A DNA stretch of 64,000 bases from Escherichia phage vB_Ec-M-J, in the sequence record OQ718158.1; one strand, given 5' to 3'. The position numbers and the translations under genes were made by a program. Below are positions 30,401-37,731 of the stretch, piece by piece. The notes under the pieces are model-generated. The model was not told the origin of the DNA. It made no database searches and saw only the letters and a program-made list of their open reading frames with translations. The stretch's first letter is position 1; each line of letters opens with the position of its first letter.

Positions 30401-30567
30401 GAAATGTCTACAGTTTCTGCTTCAATTGCAGTGAATACAGCGTCAGCAAAAGTTACAGTTCCATTAACTGTTAGATTTTTATTGAATACTGCATCACCTT
30501 TCACAAGAAGATCTTTAGCAACCGTTGCACCACCAGTTATATCGAGATCTGTTTTAATCGAGTACAT
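27418..30567 (-). CDS. N-terminal part of the second tail-fibre paralog (1049 aa)
   Basis: ATG with GGAGGG Shine-Dalgarno; N-terminus MYSIKTDLD... matches the 1988-aa fibre. Ends ...SLASCWY* exactly where the homolog continues ...LASTGSTTVGG... Confidence 0.8.
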   Translation of the reverse strand: MYSIKTDLDITGGATVAKDLLVKGDAVFNKNLTVNGTVTFADAVFTAIEAETVDISSTLDVAGKASLNGGIEVHGNSVIGNLPVGSDTATINSNAQFQSPVSMAGNLTQTAGTAVLKDTQVASMDVLGTSSFKGNITAETGTTAAFDKITATDATFTNTATTDITSTGTANFKDVNISGTLGGTFSLSDVNATTLTVSGLTSLQGGVTLGSNITGVNSSANFRDIKIGSNAANTNYRLSFNYSAPSLRPTVILQNEIQSELMSPATLSVLKTASFGDSSLSTFGITGNGLNKLDYLTVSGNSVQDPTTPLLQVTSGKTKVHDFEVTGTATIPNIESTGTANFNNINVSGTLGGTFSLDDIEANTLTVSGLTSLVGGVTLGADISGANSTANFKAVSLGQNAADANVKYGFAYSAPGARPTVILQNEIQSELVSPAVLNVQKTATFGDASLATYGITGNGLNKLDYLSITGNGTQSPATPQLQVAGKSVLNDVEFTGTVTGLTVDVSGQDLTPKSVDAAEAIKGQTLESVGQTTVGTNLQVGGTANVVGALTGTAATFTGDVSAAKGTFSGDVSVTGQTVTVRDLVVTGTTTGVTAQADVDGLDIAPNKVDVTTTLSVAGDTTLAGLTASSVTSTGDVTGASVSGNTVTAAGALSGGSLAVTGAGSMASLTVPSITGDTTFANNVTITGTLTPSSIDLSTTDVSAASLTTTGNVTVGGSLAVTGAIDLSAADVVTKSVSATNPSTFGVINASSVAATGDVSGGTLTTTGAAKVGTLTSTGVVSGSRLSSGTATITTSVTVPTLQAEAAGAGTLNLASNVVAAKDLTVTGVFKPEGGLDLTTVDITANSLTTTADVNVGGNLVVDGTFDLSAADVSVKSLASAETITSAGVITVTDSTNTSSLPKITSTDATLFTVNAGTINATGNSVLQSVSATQVTANSAEFSGGGLGLQVDNDANVGGALSVGGIATVGSLTTTAASLNIAKNTAITGDLAVSGTLTAGSIDLSNTDVTVKSLDSLGNAHIAGNLTVDGAFDLSATNLVAASLASCWY

Positions 30568-30611
30568 TTAGTTCCCTCCAAATAGGCAAAAAGCATAAAA
30601 TACATTTGACC

Positions 30612-30635
30612 TTGTTAATATACATATATTTAGTT
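30612..30635 (-). promoter_or_regulatory. late-promoter-like motif AACTAAATATATGTATATTAACAA (minus strand)
   Basis: 45 nt upstream of ATG 30567. Confidence 0.45.
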
Positions 30636-30649
30636 ATTGATATAAAAAA

Positions 30650-30676
30650 TCCAGACTAGATGAATCATAGTCTGGA
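30650..30676. terminator. rho-independent terminator, bidirectional by sequence
   Basis: tccagacta-gatgaatca-tagtctgga hairpin flanked by an A-run and a T-run; lies just after the stop of ORF 30686-31585. Confidence 0.7.
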
Positions 30677-30685
30677 CTATTTTTT

Positions 30686-31585
30686 TTATTTACCGGAAAT
30701 TACTATTTTACCACTAAACGCTTCGTCAGAAGTGAATGTAACATTACCACTTGCATCAATTTGAGTTTCGGTTATTACCAGTTCAAATGGTGATGCTGCT
30801 GTACTGCCTGGTGTTTTATTTGAATATATAGAAATATACAAATTGTCAGGTGTTTGGTTATGTTCTGACGCTGGAACAGTAATGGTGTAATCATCACCAG
30901 ATGCTACCCAATCTGCTATATTAATTAATTTACTATAAGGTACTGTCATTGTTGTTGCTCCTATGATGTTGACTTTGACACTTGTGTATTCAGTGATTTG
31001 ACCAATAACATCAATCGTAATGTCACCAATACCACTCACAGTGACGTTAGTTTGGAATACAGTGTCAAGTGGGATGTTACCAGGATCACCCTGTAGCTGA
31101 ACCATAATATCTGGACCACGACCATGTACTGATTCAGGTAAAGAATAAGTATATTGATCTGTTGTTCCAGGAACTAATGTAAATGCCGATACAGGAACGA
31201 TTTCAGTAGTAACGTAAGAACTATCAGTACCTGGAGTTGTGCTTTGGAGAGGCTTCCAAACACCAAGGTCTTTAATATAGATCTGAATAATATTAGTACT
31301 GTCAACTAAGAAGTAAGCGTCACCATCTACACCGATTGATTCAGATGGTGCAATAGTTCCACGTAAAATACCGGAACCACCACCACCACCGCTATGTGTA
31401 TTCAAATAACCCAATGTAACCAAGTGTGTATTTGCGATTGGGTCACCTGCTGAAACAGGAAGAAGTTGTGTACCCGTGTAGTTCTGGATTTGAACAACAT
31501 TACCATTAGTGGCAATTTGTGCACCATTTTTACCAAGTATGAAGGTCTTCTTCATGGTTCCTTCTAAATTAGAAAAAACTGCCAT
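30686..31585 (-). CDS. receptor-binding protein with shared N-terminal anchor (MAVFSNLEGTM...)
   Basis: 299-aa ORF with AGGAGA Shine-Dalgarno; first ~60 aa paralogous to ORF 32660-33742; poly-Gly linker HSGGGGGSG. Confidence 0.7.
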   Translation of the reverse strand: MAVFSNLEGTMKKTFILGKNGAQIATNGNVVQIQNYTGTQLLPVSAGDPIANTHLVTLGYLNTHSGGGGGSGILRGTIAPSESIGVDGDAYFLVDSTNIIQIYIKDLGVWKPLQSTTPGTDSSYVTTEIVPVSAFTLVPGTTDQYTYSLPESVHGRGPDIMVQLQGDPGNIPLDTVFQTNVTVSGIGDITIDVIGQITEYTSVKVNIIGATTMTVPYSKLINIADWVASGDDYTITVPASEHNQTPDNLYISIYSNKTPGSTAASPFELVITETQIDASGNVTFTSDEAFSGKIVISGK

Positions 31586-31599
31586 TTTTATAATCTCCT

Positions 31600-32655
31600 T
31601 TAAGATAGGGTGATATATGTTATTGGTTGAGCAGCTTTCAATAATGCCCCTGCTGCGGTAGCAGTAACAATCGGATCGGCAATATCGATACGATACGCAT
31701 TATTAACAACATAAACTGCTCTAGTGATATATGTTTTTAAATCTTCGCCATTTTCCCCTGCTCCTGTGATTAGGATTTCGGTTCCAGCAGCTTTAGCATA
31801 TTGATTATCACCCCATGATACACCCAATGCTTCGATATAAGTTTGTCCTGCAACTGTTTGTCTAATTGTGTCATATCGACCAAAGAAAGAACCACCTACT
31901 GTAACAATAAATTTTCCACCTGATTGTTTATGGATAATTGTTCCTGCTGGGAAATATCTCCCACCAGGAAAAACATCATAAGGCACGTAATACTGTTCAA
32001 CTACAGGTATTACTACAGGTCCACGATGACCCGTTCCATCAATTGCAGTGGTTACTTTAAAGTTATTAGATGATTGGTCAATACGGTCAACATACATTCT
32101 TGAGAAACTATATTTTGATATGTTACAATCATCTTGAACAACACAATTAGTCCAGTTGGTATATGTATATTTAGAGCGAGTATATAAGCCCCCTCCTTCA
32201 CCTTCAGTTGCAAGGTGTTGTCCAATAACATCAAGTTCTTTAGTACTGATATTATTAAACTTGGAAGATGACGGCAATCCACGCCATTGAATTCTACTAC
32301 ATGTAATATTAGAAAGTTCAGTAGTATTTAGCCAATTATCAGAGCCTGAAGTATACACAATAATAGACGACTCAGGAATGTGGAGATTACATAATTTAAA
32401 GTTTCGTGGAGGACCAGCAAATTTACCAGATGTTACGCCCCAGTTAATAGAAACCATACGGTTAGTTACTGATGGATCATTTAATAGATGCCCAGATAGG
32501 CCATCAATAATAAAATCAACAGAACCATAAGTAATTACACCAGCGGTTGTCAAACCAGTACCAATTGATACCAACGTTGATGGATAAACTTCATTATTGA
32601 GAATTTTAAAGTCTTTACCCAACTCAACGTGAATACATTGACGGACATTGTACAA
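31600..32655 (-). CDS. probable C-terminal continuation of the tailspike/depolymerase (frameshift-split at an A8 run)
   Basis: Track start is TTG without a Shine-Dalgarno; frame open upstream into the A8 run (plus-strand T8 at 32677-32684); beta-rich composition. Confidence 0.6.
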   Translation of the reverse strand: MYNVRQCIHVELGKDFKILNNEVYPSTLVSIGTGLTTAGVITYGSVDFIIDGLSGHLLNDPSVTNRMVSINWGVTSGKFAGPPRNFKLCNLHIPESSIIVYTSGSDNWLNTTELSNITCSRIQWRGLPSSSKFNNISTKELDVIGQHLATEGEGGGLYTRSKYTYTNWTNCVVQDDCNISKYSFSRMYVDRIDQSSNNFKVTTAIDGTGHRGPVVIPVVEQYYVPYDVFPGGRYFPAGTIIHKQSGGKFIVTVGGSFFGRYDTIRQTVAGQTYIEALGVSWGDNQYAKAAGTEILITGAGENGEDLKTYITRAVYVVNNAYRIDIADPIVTATAAGALLKAAQPITYITLS

Positions 32656-32659
32656 GCGG

Positions 32660-33742
32660 TTATTTTTTATAACGAATTTTTTTTACATATTGTGAATCAT
32701 CAGCATTCACATCATAAGGACCAGAACCTGCAACACCGATACCAATACCCCAGTTTGAAAGAGGAATTGGTGCATTTGTACCATCTACGTTTTCAATCAA
32801 GTTACCTTCTATTACAAATCCGTCTGGGTAATGTGAGTTGACTACGTTCAATTCAATTGCATCACCATATATATCATGGATGTGGTTGTATGAATAACGC
32901 CCAACGGTCATTTTCTCACCAGTGCCTTGCTGAAGAACACCGTACTTACATTGTGTCATTTCATTAAAGCAGAAGTCGATAGTACCTGATTCAGTCATAC
33001 CTTGCATTAGAAATGCAGCAGTACTTGTAATATTAATAAATTTATTAAAATAAAATTTACCATTACCACCAAAGAATTTTAAATAACATCCTGTTAATGT
33101 TGCTTGTTGGATTGTACTATTCAGTACCGATACCATTGTGCCACCGTTACCAGTGATTGTACCACCAAACCATTGAATATCATTCAAATAAACAGCAGTT
33201 CTGATACGATAATTACCACCAGCTTGAATTTGGATTTTGTGTTCTTTAGCATAAACTGCACATGCGTTAACCGCCGCCGTGTCATCAGTGATGCCATCAC
33301 CTTTTGCACCAAACTCTTCTGGAGTTATGTAAAACTGTGCCTGTTGAAGTGTTCCTCCAGTAATAAGTCCGATATAATCAGCACCGTTAACACTGGAAAG
33401 GACATTTTTATTAATGTATAATGATTTTACCCAAACATCATTTGTTTTTGCAAAGATATCAACAATACCCTCAGAATCAACTTGAAAATAAGTGTTGTTA
33501 TTTTTACCAATGTCATTTGTTGGTGGAAGTACGCCAAATAAAGCATTTGGGTTATCTTCAAGATACCTAACGTTTACTGCGGAATCATCGTCATTAGGAG
33601 TTCCCACCTTAACAGGTAGGAACGTTTCGCCTAAAAAGTCTTTGATTGCGACAGAATCGTTTACAAAATTAATAGAAGCACCACGTTTACCCAACTTGAA
33701 TGTTGGCATCATGGTCCCTTCTAAATTGGAAAAAACTGCCAT
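32660..33742 (-). CDS. tailspike N-terminal part: shared anchor plus pectate-lyase-superfamily depolymerase motif
   Basis: ATG with AGAGGG Shine-Dalgarno; N-terminus MAVFSNLEGTMMPTF... shared with ORF 30686-31585; EEFGAKGDGITDDTAAVNA is the signature start of right-handed beta-helix pectate-lyase-type depolymerases; ends in the A-run ...YVKKIRYKK*. Confidence 0.75.
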   Translation of the reverse strand: MAVFSNLEGTMMPTFKLGKRGASINFVNDSVAIKDFLGETFLPVKVGTPNDDDSAVNVRYLEDNPNALFGVLPPTNDIGKNNNTYFQVDSEGIVDIFAKTNDVWVKSLYINKNVLSSVNGADYIGLITGGTLQQAQFYITPEEFGAKGDGITDDTAAVNACAVYAKEHKIQIQAGGNYRIRTAVYLNDIQWFGGTITGNGGTMVSVLNSTIQQATLTGCYLKFFGGNGKFYFNKFINITSTAAFLMQGMTESGTIDFCFNEMTQCKYGVLQQGTGEKMTVGRYSYNHIHDIYGDAIELNVVNSHYPDGFVIEGNLIENVDGTNAPIPLSNWGIGIGVAGSGPYDVNADDSQYVKKIRYKK

Positions 33743-33756
33743 TTATCAACCCTCTT

Positions 33757-34884
33757 TTAAATGTTATCTTGAATAGGCTGAATAGGTGCTTGCCATGATA
33801 AAGTACAAACGATCTTCATTTCACCAAATGAACTGTTGTTTACGGAATCATTGAATACACAAGAAATGATTTCATCTTTACTTGATACTTCGTGGTTGGT
33901 TTCGTTAACAATGTAACGCATTTTGCGGTTGATATCGAAATAATCAACAGGTGCAATTACAGTACCACCAATATCTTCTTGTGCTTCACCACCGAAACGT
34001 ACAAACATTTCATTTACTGGTTCATCATATGCTTGGTTAATATCAACTTCGATATTAGTTACTAGGTATCCAGCAGGGCATGTACCAATAACTAACAATG
34101 CGTTAGTCCATGAATGATCAATAGTGTTGATGATAACAACTGTATCTTTACCTGGTTCACCCTGAATACCTTGTTCACCTTGCTTACCTTCTTCACCGTC
34201 TTTTCCACGGAATAAGATACCAGCACTCCACTCTTTAGTTGGGGTTGATGATGTAGTTACGATATCGACATAATACAAATTACCATCTGTCGTGTTATAG
34301 AAGCAATAATCTTGTGGTAGATTATCAATGCTTGGGAATTGACTACCAGTACTATCAATATGGAAACGACCACGTAGACCTTGTTCACCACGGAAAGGAA
34401 TACCATCACTCCATGTTGCAGTTACGCTTTGATAGAAATATAATTTACCATCTTCAGTATTATAGAATGTGTAATTATTGAAAAGACCAGTTGTTGGAAA
34501 CACCGTACCAGAACTGTCAATGTGGAATGGTTTACCAGTTTCACCAGTATCGCCTTTACCAAACTCTACACGGTTCCAAGTACTAATTGCTTCTTGTGCA
34601 TCGTTTGATTTAAAATATAAAGTACTAGTGCCATTTGCAAGACTAAGATAACACCACCCTAGTTCTTCACCAACACGGAAGAGTTCATTAGGAACTTCAA
34701 AACCTATCTCATTTGGATAAAAGTTTCTACCGTTAGCACCATTTTGTCCAACCACTAGACCTAGGTCTTGGATTGTATTGTCGGAATAGGTTACAATTAA
34801 ATGTCCAGCAGCGTTAATAACTAAACTTTTGATGCCAGAATTATTACATGAACCACCTGACCCATTGTTGAATGAAATTGTCAT
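33757..34884 (-). CDS. tail fibre-like protein with a short collagen-like Gly-X-Y segment
   Basis: Track start 34920 is TTG and would cover the promoter-like motif; ATG 34884 has an AAGGGA Shine-Dalgarno. Contains GKDGEEGKQGEQGIQGEPGKD and duplicated ...LYFYQSV...W..GI.FRG.QG modules. Confidence 0.65.
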   Translation of the reverse strand: MTISFNNGSGGSCNNSGIKSLVINAAGHLIVTYSDNTIQDLGLVVGQNGANGRNFYPNEIGFEVPNELFRVGEELGWCYLSLANGTSTLYFKSNDAQEAISTWNRVEFGKGDTGETGKPFHIDSSGTVFPTTGLFNNYTFYNTEDGKLYFYQSVTATWSDGIPFRGEQGLRGRFHIDSTGSQFPSIDNLPQDYCFYNTTDGNLYYVDIVTTSSTPTKEWSAGILFRGKDGEEGKQGEQGIQGEPGKDTVVIINTIDHSWTNALLVIGTCPAGYLVTNIEVDINQAYDEPVNEMFVRFGGEAQEDIGGTVIAPVDYFDINRKMRYIVNETNHEVSSKDEIISCVFNDSVNNSSFGEMKIVCTLSWQAPIQPIQDNI

Positions 34885-34907
34885 AATATTTCCCTTGTAT
34901 GAGTTAA

Positions 34908-34930
34908 TGTCATATACCAATATTTATCAG
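34908..34930 (-). promoter_or_regulatory. late-promoter-like motif TAAATATtgGTATATGAC (minus strand)
   Basis: About 24 nt upstream of ATG 34884. Confidence 0.35.
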
Positions 34931-34993
34931 TACAAAATACATTTCGTTGCCATTAATAAATAAATGAAAGTTCACTACTAAAAGGGCTTAACA

Positions 34994-35491
34994 ATGGCAT
35001 TAAGATCAAAAGACTTCCTCTTCAAAAGAAAAACTAAAGATGGTTCATGGCAAGAATTTCCTGAATCAGATAGCTGGTATCCTGCTAACTTAGATTATCA
35101 TTGGAACGAACAAACATTACCATTAGCTAGTGGCGGCTATTATGGTAGTACTACAGGATTACATACAATATCCTTTACCCTACGTAACTTCATTGGTAGA
35201 ATTTACGTACTCGCTACACTGGCAAGTAATCCATCTGACGATGATTGGTTCCCAATTAAATTTACCGAAAGCTGCAACTTCTATCTTGAATTTACTGATA
35301 ATGTCATTCTTAACCCAAATGGCGGCGACCTTATTAGAGAACAAGGTACAACTGGTACATTCGCTGAAACCTTAACCGGAAACTTTACCTATCTGAAAGT
35401 TGGTATTGACCGTGATTACATTAGCAAGTATCCATCTGATGTACAAAAAAGTTTAGCTGGTAAGTTAGAACAAATTTTAATTAACTACTAA
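34994..35491 (+). CDS. hypothetical protein
   Basis: 165-aa ORF with AAGGG Shine-Dalgarno; first gene of a three-gene plus-strand operon. Confidence 0.65.
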   Translation: MALRSKDFLFKRKTKDGSWQEFPESDSWYPANLDYHWNEQTLPLASGGYYGSTTGLHTISFTLRNFIGRIYVLATLASNPSDDDWFPIKFTESCNFYLEFTDNVILNPNGGDLIREQGTTGTFAETLTGNFTYLKVGIDRDYISKYPSDVQKSLAGKLEQILINY

Positions 35492-35500
35492 GGATTAGAA

Positions 35501-36109
35501 ATGAAATTAGAAACAGAACAACCAAAACTATTTGTTAAGGGTCATGTACTAATTACTGACGTTACTGATCCATCTAACCAAAAAATCGTTTTGGATAAAT
35601 CAAACGCAATTCACCCTGAAAATATGAGTACTGCTATTGCTAATGCGTTGGCTTATAATCAAGATAGTACTGGTATTCCTATTGGATCTATTAGTGAGAT
35701 GCGTTTTGGTAATGGTGGAACAGTAGTTTTGAGTACTGGTCGTATCACATATAAGAAACCACGCGTGACTTCTTTCGGTGGGCTATACTCTCAGACTTAT
35801 CTGAAAAAAATCAACCCACGTATCTCTGCTGGCATTGATTCACAATATAACAACATTACAACTGTTCACATTCCAGGCCAAGCGTACACTGATATCGTCT
35901 GTATTTGTACATTAGGTTTAGGTGAGCCATCTGACCAAGGTGTTAGCTCTGGTACTAGCATGGATGGGACATATGTATTTGACGAATTGGGTTTATATAC
36001 AAATGGTGATAGCGGTATTCCACTTACCCATATTATTTTTCACCCAGTTGAGAAAAGTGCTAACCGTGTTTTGCAAATCAAATACACAGTTCGTGTCCAA
36101 CTACAATAA
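35501..36109 (+). CDS. hypothetical protein
   Basis: 202-aa ORF with AGGA Shine-Dalgarno. Confidence 0.65.
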   Translation: MKLETEQPKLFVKGHVLITDVTDPSNQKIVLDKSNAIHPENMSTAIANALAYNQDSTGIPIGSISEMRFGNGGTVVLSTGRITYKKPRVTSFGGLYSQTYLKKINPRISAGIDSQYNNITTVHIPGQAYTDIVCICTLGLGEPSDQGVSSGTSMDGTYVFDELGLYTNGDSGIPLTHIIFHPVEKSANRVLQIKYTVRVQLQ

Positions 36110-36121
36110 TAAGGTGATGAT

Positions 36122-37222
36122 ATGAGTGTAAGTTATACAATTTATAGAAGTAATGGTAGCGTTTATGCTACCATTCCAAATAACGTAATATTAGGACCAA
36201 ACCAACCTGGTAGTAACCCAGTACCGTTAAACTTTGCAGGTCGAAATAAAGTTGGTTACGGTCAAGCATGGAACGAAAACTTCCTCCACTTGGTTGAGAA
36301 CTTCAGTGGAGCTACTGCACCTCGTGGTAACGTTAATGGTCAGATTTGGTACAGAAATACTGGCAACACTGGCGAACTACTTCTTGCATTAGTTGATAAT
36401 GCTCGTCAGCCAGTAGATACTACATCTGAAGCTGACTGGGCATCTATCCCAATGATTTCAATTTTCAACACAGTACCAGATGGTGAAAATAGTATTATGG
36501 GTCGTATGGTTCTTACCAGTAATGGTGATTCCCTTCGTGTCCTAATGAAAAATAAAGAATGGCGTGAAATTCAAACATCTCGTCCAGAAAATAAAGAGTA
36601 CTCCACACTACTTGATATCAACTATGATACAGGTAAGAAATATATTGAATTTACACAAAGTAACAGTACTAAGCCATTAGCGTACTTCAATATGGGTGGT
36701 ACTTCACAGGTTGATTCAAATAACTGGACAACATTCACAAATGGTACTGGTGTGTTTGAATTTGGTAGTAACTATTTTTATGAATTGAAAATTATGATTC
36801 GTGAAGTTAGTGATTCATCAGGTGAAATTGTTTCTCTTCCGTATAATTCAAAAACATTTTTCATTAAAGGTCAGTTCTATGTTGATAACCAAGGTACATT
36901 TGTTCCTGGTTCAATTGGTGCAAGTCAGATTCCAGACCCACGTCGCATTACACAACTAGAATCAATCAAGGATGTAATTACAAGTAGTCGCCCTAATTGG
37001 GATGTATCTATGGTAATTAATGGTGTTGACCCAACTCTCCCAAATCCGAATGGTATTACAAAAGCGGATTACGAAAACTGGGTGGTTAACTCTCTTAACT
37101 CTAATAAAAACTTAGGGTTCCGCGTCGATGGTATAGTAAACAACCTTTCGGCAGGTGAGTCAGTTAAGCTTCAAGCATCTGTTCTACTTAATATAACAGG
37201 TATCCCACTAATTGGGGTATAA
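36122..37222 (+). CDS. hypothetical protein
   Basis: 366-aa ORF with AGGTGA Shine-Dalgarno. Confidence 0.7.
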   Translation: MSVSYTIYRSNGSVYATIPNNVILGPNQPGSNPVPLNFAGRNKVGYGQAWNENFLHLVENFSGATAPRGNVNGQIWYRNTGNTGELLLALVDNARQPVDTTSEADWASIPMISIFNTVPDGENSIMGRMVLTSNGDSLRVLMKNKEWREIQTSRPENKEYSTLLDINYDTGKKYIEFTQSNSTKPLAYFNMGGTSQVDSNNWTTFTNGTGVFEFGSNYFYELKIMIREVSDSSGEIVSLPYNSKTFFIKGQFYVDNQGTFVPGSIGASQIPDPRRITQLESIKDVITSSRPNWDVSMVINGVDPTLPNPNGITKADYENWVVNSLNSNKNLGFRVDGIVNNLSAGESVKLQASVLLNITGIPLIGV

Positions 37223-37232
37223 AAAGAAAAAA

Positions 37233-37254
37233 GGAGCCATTGGCTCCTTTTTTA
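37233..37254. terminator. bidirectional rho-independent terminator
   Basis: ggagcc-att-ggctcc hairpin flanked by an A-run and a T-run, between convergent genes. Confidence 0.75.
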
Positions 37255-37719
37255 TTAATATCGATATGGTAAGCTGTTGACAAACTGTGTACCTTGTCGT
37301 ATACTTTCCCACAATGAATAGAAATCCTTCATTAAATTTGTGTTGAGTAATGTGTTTTTTGCACCAGGATGTAATGGTTTGGGCCATGAGCCAATCTTAA
37401 CCCATGCATAACCAGAACTCTCATGATTTAAAGTAGGTACGAATTCATTTTCAACTACAATGACAAATGAATAATATTTAAATTTACCATTCTTCGTACA
37501 AAATACATCAAATGGTATAATATCTATTATCGTTGGAATAGAATCACCTAGCTCTTCTTTAATCTCACGCATAAGACCCTGTAACGGAGTTTCATTATAC
37601 TCAAGCTTCCCACCAACAAATGCCCAGTTGTTAGAATACGTACTTCTTTCTGATCTCAAGTTTAACATCATGTGTCCAGTACTTTTAGATAAAAATATAG
37701 CACCTACTGCTTCATTCAT
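37255..37719 (-). CDS. Nudix hydrolase
   Basis: Canonical Nudix box GGKLEYNETPLQGLMREIKEELG (Gx5Ex7REUxEExGU); strong AGGAGGTG Shine-Dalgarno. Confidence 0.85.
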   Translation of the reverse strand: MNEAVGAIFLSKSTGHMMLNLRSERSTYSNNWAFVGGKLEYNETPLQGLMREIKEELGDSIPTIIDIIPFDVFCTKNGKFKYYSFVIVVENEFVPTLNHESSGYAWVKIGSWPKPLHPGAKNTLLNTNLMKDFYSLWESIRQGTQFVNSLPYRY

Positions 37720-37731
37720 AACAACACCTCC

